Positions 55,446 through 64,000 of a stretch of 64,000 nucleotides of DNA are shown in pieces (position 1 is the stretch's first letter; every line of letters begins with the position of its first letter). Under the pieces are notes generated by a model. The model was not told the origin of the DNA. It did not search any database and saw nothing but the letters and a program-made list of their open reading frames with translations. The stretch is taken from contig JAUVXG010000002.1 in the NCBI GenBank assembly GCA_030603685.1, positions 3,415 to 67,414 of the forward strand, read 5' to 3'. A program made the translations under genes and the position numbers. The stretch is from Pleomorphomonas sp. Lineage in GTDB: Bacteria; Pseudomonadota; Alphaproteobacteria; Rhizobiales; Pleomorphomonadaceae.

Positions 55446-56472
55446 ATTGCTCGCCCAGCCAGCGCAGCCAGCGACCATGGAAGTCGCCACGCGCCAGGAC
55501 GTGGTGCTCGCCCGAAGGGAAAAGCGTGACGAGGAGGCCGGCGCCGGGCGTCTGGCCGTCCGCCTCCAGTCGCAGCCAGGCGAGCGGCGCCGTTTCGGCG
55601 GCCCTCAGCATGGCTGTCTGGATGCCGAGGCGGGCAGGATCGGCGAGGTATTGCCAGAAGATCGAGTGGACGACGACACGCAGCGCTCCGTCTTCCGGCG
55701 GTTTGGCCAGTTCGCGGGCGAGAAATTCGGCGGCGTCGGCCGCCTCGACGCGCTCTCGCCGGGCGGCGGCGTGATCGAGGGCAGCATTGAGCCGCGCCTT
55801 GCGTTCCGTCTGGTCGGGCCAGACATAGGACAGAAGCCGCGTCCGGTGTTCCGCGTCGGCCGGATCGAGAGGGGAGAGGTCGCAGGCCCTGCGACGTACC
55901 ACCTCGACTGTGGTATCGAGCGGTGGAGGGGCGTCGCAGTCGGGGGCGAGTTCGATGGGGGCTTTCTTCTTGCCCCAGTGGATGTCGCCGTAGCGATAGG
56001 CGTAGTCGTCCCAGTGGAGGTTGAGACCAGCGCTGGCGCCGATTTCAAGGATGTCGAGTTTCGGTCCGAAGCGACGGGCAAGCCAGAGGAAGCCGGGAAG
56101 AAGCATGGCCGACCGACCGACCTCGTTGGTCTGTGGAGGGCTCATCAGAATGTCGTGCAGGTCGTGATCGTGCCGGCCGATGGCGGCTCGGACGGCGGCG
56201 GCGAGCGTTTCGTCCGACACGTCGATCGGGGGGTAGACCGCGGCGAGGCCGGCGTCGCGCCGGGTCAGGACCAAGCGGTGCAGGCCGCCGAACAGGCGGA
56301 GCGGCACGGCGTCTTCGCCGGCGTGGCCGTTCCAGGCGAGGATGCGGCGGCCAGTCAGCGTCGTCTGGTCGAGAAAGCGCGGTGCGAGGTCGGCAAGCCG
56401 GGCTGTGAAGGGAGACCCCATGGCGCGGCAGGCCTCGGCCTGGCGATGGAAATGGTCGAAAATGTCGCTCAT
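55444..56472 (-). CDS. DUF2332 family protein
   Basis: MSDIFDHFHRQAEACRAMGSPFTARL is a typical DUF2332 N-terminus. The track ORF over-extends to 56553. Confidence 0.7.
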   Translation of the reverse strand: MSDIFDHFHRQAEACRAMGSPFTARLADLAPRFLDQTTLTGRRILAWNGHAGEDAVPLRLFGGLHRLVLTRRDAGLAAVYPPIDVSDETLAAAVRAAIGRHDHDLHDILMSPPQTNEVGRSAMLLPGFLWLARRFGPKLDILEIGASAGLNLHWDDYAYRYGDIHWGKKKAPIELAPDCDAPPPLDTTVEVVRRRACDLSPLDPADAEHRTRLLSYVWPDQTERKARLNAALDHAAARRERVEAADAAEFLARELAKPPEDGALRVVVHSIFWQYLADPARLGIQTAMLRAAETAPLAWLRLEADGQTPGAGLLVTLFPSGEHHVLARGDFHGRWLRWLGEQ

Positions 56473-56691
56473 CGCGGCTTGCCTCCCAGCTCTCCCGAAT
56501 TCGTCGCGACGATAACGGCGGGGAGCGGTAATGACCAGCCCGGAGGCCGTCACGCCGCCGTGAGCGGGCGATGCTCGCTTCCCCTACAAAAAACGCAACT
56601 CGCTTCGTCTCAGCCTTGCTCAAGCCGCCGGCATGGGGCAAGTAATGCTGGTGTCACGCGTAAGTGTCGCTTTTCCGGGGGACTTTTGACC

Positions 56692-57174
56692 ATGTCGCTG
56701 ACGATTGCCGCTGTCACCCAGGCGGATGCCCACAAGCTGGCGCCGATCATCGCCGCCTACGCCCAGGCAATGAAGCGCGGAGCGCCGCGCCGTCCGGACG
56801 AGTATTATGCCGAGCTTCTGGCCGTCGACCCGGCAACGGAAGTGCTGGGTGCCTTCGTCGACGAGGAACTGGTCGGCTTCGCCGTGTTCTTCGACCTGCC
56901 GGACACCATGTCGGGTCATCGGGTCGGCCATCTCGAGGATATCTACGTCCTGCCGGAGTTTCGCAACCGCGGCATCGGCCGCAAGTTCGTCGAGGTTCTG
57001 AAGGTCGAAGGGCAGAGCCGCGGCTGGGATCGCCTGCGCTGGGTCGTTCCGCCGCCCGTCGACGCCGCCGCCACCGGCCTGCCGACCGACAGTGCGCTCT
57101 ACGAAGAGATCGCCACGCCGTCGGTTTCCAAGCTCTACGACATCGTCATCGACCCGCTGTCGCGCAAGTCCTGA
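56692..57174 (+). CDS. GNAT family N-acetyltransferase
   Basis: 160 aa with the acetyl-CoA motif YVLPEFRNRGIGRKF. It is hidden at the tail of the 575-aa track ORF 55447..57174. Confidence 0.8.
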   Translation: MSLTIAAVTQADAHKLAPIIAAYAQAMKRGAPRRPDEYYAELLAVDPATEVLGAFVDEELVGFAVFFDLPDTMSGHRVGHLEDIYVLPEFRNRGIGRKFVEVLKVEGQSRGWDRLRWVVPPPVDAAATGLPTDSALYEEIATPSVSKLYDIVIDPLSRKS

Positions 57175-57280
57175 TGATTTGCCTATAAAGCAAGCAGGTA
57201 CCGCCCACGCTCAGGGCTTTCCCGGATGGCTGTTTCGCCCTTAAATGCGGTCGCGCTCGATGCGACCGCAGGGAGAGATG

Positions 57281-58489
57281 ATGGCCGTCCTGACCAAGCT
57301 GACGCACGTCACCCGCTATGTCTATGACAAGCCGGTCGTTCTCTCTCCGCAACTGGTGCGGCTGAGGCCTGCGCCGCACAGCCGCACGGCCGTGCCGGCC
57401 TATGCGCTGAAGGTCACGCCGGAGAACCACTTCGTCAACTGGCAGCAAGACCCGCATGGGAACTGGCTGGCTCGCTTCGTCTTTCCCGAGCCGACGTCCG
57501 AGTTTTCCGTCAGCGTCGACCTCCTGGCCGAGATGGCGGTCTACAACCCCTTCGATTTCTTCATCGAGGACTACGCCGAGCACTGGCCGTTCACCTACGC
57601 GCCGGAGCTCGCCAAGGATCTGGCGCCCTTCCTCGAATGCGAGGGGGATGGGGAGCTCTTCGAGGCCTATCTCGCGACGATCCCGCGCGATCGCAAGCAG
57701 ACCACCGATTTCGTGGTGGATGTGAACCAGGCGCTGCACAGGCACATCGCCTACGAGATCCGCCTGGAGCCGGGTGTCCAGAGCCCGGAGGAGACGCTGT
57801 CGCGCCGGGCCGGCTCGTGCCGCGACAGCGGTTGGCTTCTGGTGCAGCTTCTGCGCCGGCTCGGCCTCGCCGCCCGCTTCGTCTCCGGCTACCTCATCCA
57901 GCTCAGGCCGGACGTCAAGGCGCTCGACGGCCCGTCGGGCACGGAGGCCGACTTCACCGATCTCCACGCCTGGGCGGAGGTCTACATTCCCGGTGCCGGC
58001 TGGATCGGCCTCGATCCGACCTCCGGCCTTCTGACCGGCGAGAGCCACATTCCGCTCGCCGCGACGCCGCATTACCGGTCGGCGGCGCCGATCGTCGGTT
58101 CCTACAGCGCGCCACCCGATACGAGGGCCGAGTTCTTCTTCGACATGAAGATCGCCCGCATCGACGAGCGGCCGCGCGTCACATGGCCGTTTTCCGACGA
58201 GGCCTGGGCGCGACTCGACCGACTGGGTGACGTTGTGGATGCCGATCTCCAGGAGGGCGACGTGCGCCTGACCATGGGCGGCGAGCCGACCTTCGTTTCC
58301 ATTGACGACTATCAGTCGGACGAGTGGAACACCGCCGCCGTGGGGCCGACCAAACGGGGCCGGGCGGACGAACTGATCCGCCGCCTCGCCGGCCGTTTCG
58401 CTCCGGGCGGCTTTTTGCACTATGGACAAGGCAAGTGGTACCCGGGCGAGAGCCTGCCGCGCTGGACCTTCTCGCTCTACTGGCGCTAG
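57281..58489 (+). CDS. Transglutaminase-family / DUF2126 large protein, N-terminal part, ending at an in-frame TAG
   Basis: [19 protein letters not shown] (Bact_transglu_N type) and the transglutaminase core GSCRDSGWL...DLHAWAEVY...GLDPTSG. It ends ...SLYWR-TAG. Confidence 0.85.
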   Translation: MAVLTKLTHVTRYVYDKPVVLSPQLVRLRPAPHSRTAVPAYALKVTPENHFVNWQQDPHGNWLARFVFPEPTSEFSVSVDLLAEMAVYNPFDFFIEDYAEHWPFTYAPELAKDLAPFLECEGDGELFEAYLATIPRDRKQTTDFVVDVNQALHRHIAYEIRLEPGVQSPEETLSRRAGSCRDSGWLLVQLLRRLGLAARFVSGYLIQLRPDVKALDGPSGTEADFTDLHAWAEVYIPGAGWIGLDPTSGLLTGESHIPLAATPHYRSAAPIVGSYSAPPDTRAEFFFDMKIARIDERPRVTWPFSDEAWARLDRLGDVVDADLQEGDVRLTMGGEPTFVSIDDYQSDEWNTAAVGPTKRGRADELIRRLAGRFAPGGFLHYGQGKWYPGESLPRWTFSLYWR

Positions 58490-60595
58490 GACGGCAAGCC
58501 GATCTGGCGCAACCTCGACCTCGTCGCCCCCGAACGCCTGCCGACGCCCGCCGACGCCGAGGCGGCCTGCGCGCTGGCGCGGGGCGTCGCCCGCCGGCTC
58601 GGTGTACCCGGTCGGTGTGCCGTGCCCGCCTACGAGGATCCGGCCCACTGGATCCTCAAGGAAGCCGACCTGCCGGACAATGTCACCGCCGAGGACAGCA
58701 AGCTCGACGATGCCGAGGCGCGCGCCCGCATCGCCCGGGTGTTCGAACGGGGGCTTGGGACGCCCAGCGCCTATGTGCTGCCGGTGCAGCGCTGGCAGGG
58801 CACCGCTGGCAGCAACTGGCTGTCGGAAGTGTGGAGCTTCCGGCGCGGCAAGCTCTACCTTCTTCCGGGCGACTCGCCGGCCGGTTTCCGTCTGCCGCTC
58901 GCCTCGCTTCCATGGGTACCGCCGGCCGCCTATCCCTTCCATGTCGACCGCGACCTGATGGGCGATCTGCCCGATCTGCCGGATCCGGATCAGCTCGCCA
59001 CCGCCTACGAGCATTCGCGCGAACCGGCGGCTGACGATCCGCGCGTCGATCAATGGATGACCGATGGGGGCGGAGCGGTTCGCACGGCGATGAGCGTCGA
59101 ACCTAGGAATGGCCGGCTCTGCGTGTTCATGCCGCCGGTGGCAGGCGCCGACGACTATCTTGAGCTTCTCGCCGCCGTGGAATCGACGGCTGAGGATCTC
59201 GGTCTGCCGGTTCATGTCGAAGGCTACCCGCCGCCGCACGATCCGCGTCTCACTGTCATTCGCGTGGCGCCCGATCCCGGCGTCATCGAGGTCAACGTCC
59301 ATCCTGCCGCCAGTTGGAAGGATTGCGTCGCCATCACCTCGGCCGTCTACGAGGAGGCGCGGCTTTCCCGCCTCGGCACCGACAAGTTCATGATCGACGG
59401 TCGTCACACCGGCACTGGCGGTGGCAATCATGTGGTGGTCGGCGGTGAAACGCCGGCCGACAGTCCGTTCCTGCGTCGCCCCGATCTGCTCAAGAGCCTT
59501 GTGCTCTACTGGCAGCGACACCCGTCGCTGAGCTATCTGTTCTCGGGCCTGTTCATCGGGCCGACCAGCCCGGCGCCGCGCATCGACGAGGCGCGGCACG
59601 ACAGCCTTTACGAACTTGAGATCGCCTTGGCCCAGGTGCCGGCACTGGGCGAGGGGTCGGCCCCGTTGCCCTGGCTGGTCGATCGCCTGTTCCGCAATCT
59701 TCTGACCGACGTTACCGGCAATACCCACCGCTCGGAAATCTGCATCGACAAGCTGTTTTCGCCGGACGGGCCGACCGGCCGGCTGGGTCTCGTCGAGTTC
59801 CGCTCCTTCGAGATGCCGCCGGACGCGCGCATGTCGCTCGCCCAGCAGCTTCTGCTCCGGGCGCTGATCGCCTGGTTCTGGAAGGAGCCGCAGCAAGGCG
59901 GCTTCACCCGTCACGGCACGGCGCTGTTCGACCGCTTCATGCTGGAGCATTTCGTCTGGAAGGACTTTCTCGAAGTGATCGCCGACCTCAACCGGGCCGG
60001 CTATCCCATGGAATCGGTCTGGTACGACGCCCAGCGCGAGTTCCGCTTTCCCTATTTCGGCACCGTCAGCCGGCAGGGCGTCTCGCTGGAGCTTCGCGGC
60101 GCGCTGGAGCCTTGGCACGTCACCGGCGAGCAAGGAGCGGTTGGCGGCACGGTGCGTTTCGTCGACAGCTCGGTGGAGCGGCTGCAGGCGCGCGTTTCCG
60201 GCTTCAATCCCGCCCGACACGTACTCGCCTGCAATGGGCGGCGCGTGCCGGTGACGGCGACCGGGCGCAACGGCGTCCATGTCGGCGGCGTTCGGTTCAA
60301 GGCGTGGCAGCCGGCCAGCGGCATCCACCCGGTGTTGCCGGTCAACGCGCCGCTCACTTTCGAGGTCATCGATCGCTGGTCGCGGCGCTCGCTCGGCGGC
60401 GCCACCTACTTCGTCGCCCATCCCGGTGGTCGCAACTACGAGACCTTCCCGGTCAATGCCTATGAGGCCGAGGCGCGGCGGCTTGCCCGCTTTCAGGACT
60501 TCGGCCATTCGCAAGGGGTGGTGAACCTGCCTGCCGAGGAAGCGTCGGACGAGTTCCCGACGACCCTCGACCTCCGGCGACCTGCCTTCATCTGA
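58490..60595 (+). CDS. Transglutaminase-family / DUF2126 large protein, C-terminal part, in the same frame
   Basis: No stop lies between 58490 and 60595 in the frame of the upstream part. The sequence continues [14 protein letters not shown]... The track lists it from the GTG at 58622. Confidence 0.8.
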   Translation, partial: DGKPIWRNLDLVAPERLPTPADAEAACALARGVARRLGVPGRCAVPAYEDPAHWILKEADLPDNVTAEDSKLDDAEARARIARVFERGLGTPSAYVLPVQRWQGTAGSNWLSEVWSFRRGKLYLLPGDSPAGFRLPLASLPWVPPAAYPFHVDRDLMGDLPDLPDPDQLATAYEHSREPAADDPRVDQWMTDGGGAVRTAMSVEPRNGRLCVFMPPVAGADDYLELLAAVESTAEDLGLPVHVEGYPPPHDPRLTVIRVAPDPGVIEVNVHPAASWKDCVAITSAVYEEARLSRLGTDKFMIDGRHTGTGGGNHVVVGGETPADSPFLRRPDLLKSLVLYWQRHPSLSYLFSGLFIGPTSPAPRIDEARHDSLYELEIALAQVPALGEGSAPLPWLVDRLFRNLLTDVTGNTHRSEICIDKLFSPDGPTGRLGLVEFRSFEMPPDARMSLAQQLLLRALIAWFWKEPQQGGFTRHGTALFDRFMLEHFVWKDFLEVIADLNRAGYPMESVWYDAQREFRFPYFGTVSRQGVSLELRGALEPWHVTGEQGAVGGTVRFVDSSVERLQARVSGFNPARHVLACNGRRVPVTATGRNGVHVGGVRFKAWQPASGIHPVLPVNAPLTFEVIDRWSRRSLGGATYFVAHPGGRNYETFPVNAYEAEARRLARFQDFGHSQGVVNLPAEEASDEFPTTLDLRRPAFI

Positions 60596-60681
60596 ACCAG
60601 GACCGACGGGCGGCCATCTTGGCGATGTCGCGTCGGTCTGCTTAACTTGACAGCCCAACTGTCGTCCGCGCCGGAAACCCG

Positions 60682-63186
60682 ATGAGCCAGCTTCAGCCCG
60701 ATCCGCCCCCTGCCGGACAGAAAGCCGGGCCTGGTTTGTTGATGCGGGACTACAAGCCGCTTGCCGGTGCCTATGACGAGATGATGGCGCCCGATGGTGC
60801 GCTACGCGGCCCATGGCCTTCCTTTCTGCAGCGCCTCGCCGATCTTGGCGAGGATGGCGTTCGCGAGGCTTTTGCCGGCGCCGAACAGCAGCTCAAGAAC
60901 TCCGGTGTGTTCTTCCGTGTCTATGACGATCCGGCCGGTGCCGAGAGGCCGTGGCCGCTGACGCCGTTGCCGCTTCTTCTTTCCCAGTCGGAGTGGGCGG
61001 CGCTGTCGGCCGGCGCCGTCCAGCGTGCCCGGCTTGCGGAGGCGCTGCTCGCCGATGTCTATGGCCCGGGGCGGCTGGCGCGCGATGGCGTGTTGCCGGC
61101 TGCGGCCATTGCCGGCAGTCCCGATTTTCTGAGGCCGATGGTCGGCGTCGTGCCGAAAGGCGGCCGCTTCCTGCGCTTCTTCGCCGTCGATCTTGGTCGA
61201 GGCCCCGATGGCCGCTGGTGGGTGCTTTCCGATCGCGCGCAGGCGCCGTCCGGCGCCGGCTACGCGCTGGAGAACCGCCTGGCAGTGACGCGGGCGCTGC
61301 CGGAGGTGGCGCGCGGGCTCAACGTCGAGCGGCTCGCGCCGTTCTTCCAGGCCTTTCGCGACGATCTCGCCGCCCTCAACGCCAACGCCGAGGCGCGGGT
61401 CGGCCTGCTGACGCCGGGACGGCTCAACGAGACCTATTTCGAGCATGCCTATCTCGCTCGCTACCTCGGCTTCCTGCTGGTGGAAGGCGGCGATCTGACG
61501 GTTCGTGACGACGCGGTCTATGTGCGCACCGTCTCGGGGCTCAAGCGCATCGATGCGCTGTGGCGGCGGCTCGACGGCGATTTCGCCGATCCCCTGGAGC
61601 TTCGCACCGCCTCGGCGCTCGGCGTGCCGGGCCTCGTTCAGGCCGTCCGCTCGGCAAGCGTCGACGTCACCAATGCGCTCGGTTCCGGCGTCGCGGAATC
61701 GCGGGCCTTGATGGGCTTCATGCCGGCACTCTGCCGGCATCTGCTTGGTGAGGACCTGACGCTGCCGAACCTTGCCACCTGGTGGTGCGGGCAGGAAGCC
61801 GAGCGGCAGGCGGTGCTTGCCGGTTTCGACCGGATGGCCATCGCCTCGGCCTTTTCCGGACCGCTGCCGGGGCTGCCCTTCTGGAGCAAGCTCGGCGCGG
61901 CCATGAGCAAGGCCGAGCGGCAGGTGGCGCGGAACCTGATCGAAACGCGTGGCCTCGACGTGGTTGGCCAGGAGAACGTCGGGCTCTCGACCATGCCCGT
62001 CTGGGATGGCAGTCGTCTCGTGCCCAAGCCTTTCGTTTTGCGCCTGTTCGTGGCCGCCGTCGGCGATCGGGACTGGGTGGTGATGCCCGGCGGTTTCTGC
62101 CGCATATCGGGGTCGAGCGACGCCCGCCTCGTGTCCATGCAGCAAGGGGCCGAGACAGCCGACGTCTGGGTTCTGTCCGATACGCCGGTCAGGGAGGTCT
62201 CGTTGCTGCCCCGGCCGGATCGAATATCCATTCGCCGATCCACCGGTACCTTGCCGTCGCGCTCGGCCGACAATCTCTACTGGTTGGCCCGGTATCTGGA
62301 GCGGTCGGAAGGCACCCTGCGTCTTCTGAGGGCTTTGATCAACCGACTGGTGGACGCGGGCGGCGAAGCCGACCAGCCGATCATCCAGGCACTGACCGAC
62401 CATTTGCGGTTCATCGGCGCCATCGATCTCGAACGCAAGGGGACGCCCGTCCAACTTGTCGCCGCGGCGCTCGGCGACCCCGCGTCGCCCTCCGGTCTGC
62501 CGGCACTGACCGGAGCGGCGCGCGCCGCCGGCTCTGCCATCCGCGATCGCCTGGCGCCGGATGCCTTCCGGGCGGTGACGGAGATCGCCGTCCTGTTCGA
62601 GACCATAGGCCGCCGGCGTCTCGCGCCGGTCCAGATGCTCGATGAGGTCAATCATGGCCTGCGACGCATCGCCGCTTTCGCAGGCCTCGCCTCGGAGAAC
62701 ATGAACCGCGCCATGGGCTGGCGGTTCCTCGATCTCGGCCGACGAGTCGAACGGGCCCTCGCCACGGCGGCCATTGTTCGCCGATTCGCCCTCGATGCGC
62801 CGTCAACCGAGGCGCTGGACCTCGCTCTCGAGGCGGGCGACAGTCAGATCACCTATCGCTGGCGCTACGTGATGCGGCCGGCTCCTCTGCCGGTGATCGA
62901 CCTTCTGATGCTGGACGACGCCAATCCGCGTTCCGTTGCCTTTCAAACGGCGCGCATCGTCGAACACCTGGAGGCATTGCCGGCCACCCGCCTCGACGGG
63001 CGGCCGGTGGAGCTTCTGCGCCTTGCCCGCAAGCTCGATGCGCGGCTTGCCAACACGGCGGCCGAGAAGATGGAGGCACGCGACATCGACAAGATCACCG
63101 GCCGGCTGTTGCGGCTGTCCGGCCTCGTGACCGATCGCTTCTTCACCCAACGCCCCAGCGAGGCGCGGCCGGAGGAGCTGGAATGA
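60682..63186 (+). CDS. Circularly permuted type 2 ATP-grasp protein fused to an alpha-E domain
   Basis: 834 aa. The N-terminal ~480 aa fit the DUF404/DUF407-type permuted ATP-grasp pattern. The C-terminal ~310 aa are alpha-E-like (NLYWLARYLERSEGTLRLL). Confidence 0.8.
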   Translation: MSQLQPDPPPAGQKAGPGLLMRDYKPLAGAYDEMMAPDGALRGPWPSFLQRLADLGEDGVREAFAGAEQQLKNSGVFFRVYDDPAGAERPWPLTPLPLLLSQSEWAALSAGAVQRARLAEALLADVYGPGRLARDGVLPAAAIAGSPDFLRPMVGVVPKGGRFLRFFAVDLGRGPDGRWWVLSDRAQAPSGAGYALENRLAVTRALPEVARGLNVERLAPFFQAFRDDLAALNANAEARVGLLTPGRLNETYFEHAYLARYLGFLLVEGGDLTVRDDAVYVRTVSGLKRIDALWRRLDGDFADPLELRTASALGVPGLVQAVRSASVDVTNALGSGVAESRALMGFMPALCRHLLGEDLTLPNLATWWCGQEAERQAVLAGFDRMAIASAFSGPLPGLPFWSKLGAAMSKAERQVARNLIETRGLDVVGQENVGLSTMPVWDGSRLVPKPFVLRLFVAAVGDRDWVVMPGGFCRISGSSDARLVSMQQGAETADVWVLSDTPVREVSLLPRPDRISIRRSTGTLPSRSADNLYWLARYLERSEGTLRLLRALINRLVDAGGEADQPIIQALTDHLRFIGAIDLERKGTPVQLVAAALGDPASPSGLPALTGAARAAGSAIRDRLAPDAFRAVTEIAVLFETIGRRRLAPVQMLDEVNHGLRRIAAFAGLASENMNRAMGWRFLDLGRRVERALATAAIVRRFALDAPSTEALDLALEAGDSQITYRWRYVMRPAPLPVIDLLMLDDANPRSVAFQTARIVEHLEALPATRLDGRPVELLRLARKLDARLANTAAEKMEARDIDKITGRLLRLSGLVTDRFFTQRPSEARPEELE

Positions 63187-64000
63187 TCTACGAGTTGCGC
63201 CAGCAAACACGCTATGCCTATGCGGCGGCAGTGCCCTATTCGAGCCACGTCGCCCGGCTGTTGCCGGTGGACCGCAAGGGGCAGACGGTACGCAAGGCGA
63301 TGCTTTCCATCGCCCCGATGCCGTCGGAGCGGCGGGAGAGCCTTGATTTCTTCGGCAACCGCATCTGCCATTTCGCTCTCGACCGACCGCATGACGAGCT
63401 GGTCGTTCGCCTCGAAGCCGAGGTGGACGTGCGGCCTGCCGAACCCTATCTCCCCGCGCTGACGCCATCGGCAGACGAAGTTCGGGCGCTCGCTGTGGCG
63501 AGTCGCGACCTCGGCCCGGACTCGCCGGTGCATGGTCTGTTCGTCTCGCCTTCGGTGCCGCTGGACGCCGCCATCACCCGCTATGCCGCCCAGTCCTTCT
63601 CGGCTCGGCGGCCCGTGCTGGAGGGGGCGATCGAGCTCATGAAGCGCATCAAGGGCGACTTCGCCTATGTGCTCGGCGCCACCGATGCCGACACCAGCCC
63701 GTCGGACGCTTTCATCGCGAGAAAGGGAGTCTGCCAGGACTTCGCCCAGGTGATGATCGCCGGTCTCAGAGGTATCGCGCTGCCGGCGCGCTACGTTTCC
63801 GGCTATCTTCGCACCGAGCCGCCGCCCGGACGAGAGCGGCTCGAAGGGGCCGACGCTACCCATGCCTGGGTCGAGGTCTGGTGCGGCGGCGAGGCCGGCT
63901 GGGTGGGGCTCGACCCAACCAACGGCATCATGGCCGGCGAGGACCATCTCGTGCTCGCCATTGGCCGAGACTATTCCGACGTGTCGCCGCTCGATGGCGT
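63183..64000 (+). CDS. Transglutaminase family protein; the C-terminus runs off the window
   Basis: The ATG at 63183 overlaps the upstream stop as ATGA. MIYELRQQTRYAYAAAVPYSSH..., with the core GVCQDFAQV...DATHAWVEVW...GLDPTNG. It is not in the track because no stop lies in the window. Confidence 0.85.
   Translation, partial: MIYELRQQTRYAYAAAVPYSSHVARLLPVDRKGQTVRKAMLSIAPMPSERRESLDFFGNRICHFALDRPHDELVVRLEAEVDVRPAEPYLPALTPSADEVRALAVASRDLGPDSPVHGLFVSPSVPLDAAITRYAAQSFSARRPVLEGAIELMKRIKGDFAYVLGATDADTSPSDAFIARKGVCQDFAQVMIAGLRGIALPARYVSGYLRTEPPPGRERLEGADATHAWVEVWCGGEAGWVGLDPTNGIMAGEDHLVLAIGRDYSDVSPLDG

Noticed and set aside
57146-60814. 1222-aa minus-strand ORF, the longest minus-strand ORF in the track
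   Set aside because: It is entirely antisense to the DUF2126/transglutaminase gene. Its composition is Arg/Gly/Ala/Pro-rich and low-complexity, with no motifs. This is the typical GC-rich shadow ORF, whereas the + strand product has clear family signatures.

Overview
The window comes from a high-G+C alphaproteobacterial chromosome. It looks Rhizobiales/Hyphomicrobiales-like from gene content, but the taxon cannot be fixed from the sequence alone. **Core genes, left edge:** pirin, an M48 lipoprotein peptidase and an SNase-like nuclease. **Core genes, right 30 kb:** a GlsB-like membrane protein; a (deoxy)ribose utilisation cluster (PfkB kinase, DUF4432 mutarotase-like protein, ABC transporter, deoC, DeoR-family regulator); atpHAGDC; priA; pyridoxal kinase; a beta-carbonic anhydrase; leuB; a Uma2 nuclease; leuC; DUF2332; a GNAT; and a DUF2126-transglutaminase / permuted ATP-grasp+alpha-E / transglutaminase cluster. 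**Island:** 3187..33456 is a ~30.3-kb island with visibly lower G+C (judged by eye, not computed). It is inserted inside a tRNA-Arg(CCU) gene, whose 5' piece is at 3161..3186 and 3' piece at 33457..33511. The island carries its own complete tRNA-Arg(CCU), which is interrupted by a 247-nt group I intron. **Island cargo:** a three-gene tyrosine-recombinase module; a HARE-HTH-like protein plus a DUF2971 protein; an XRE-controlled operon encoding a soluble FtsH-like AAA+/M41 protease, a small protein and a 1459-aa NACHT NTPase with a C-terminal PD-(D/E)xK-like domain; an orphan MbcA/ParS/Xre-type (DUF2384) antitoxin-like gene with an unknown 173-aa partner; an XRE + ImmA/IrrE (CapH/CapP-like) pair divergent from a DUF2188 / multi-ubiquitin / E2-like+E1 (ThiF) / Cys-rich small-protein operon; and a Type I R-M operon (hsdM, hsdS, hsdR) with two extra genes translationally coupled inside it and an HsdS that carries an extra C-terminal domain. 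**In-frame stops:** two otherwise intact genes, hsdR and the DUF2126 transglutaminase gene, each contain a single in-frame TAG. **Not found:** CRISPR arrays, rRNA, and conjugation or phage structural genes. Many long ORFs in the six-frame track are GC-rich antisense shadows and were not called.
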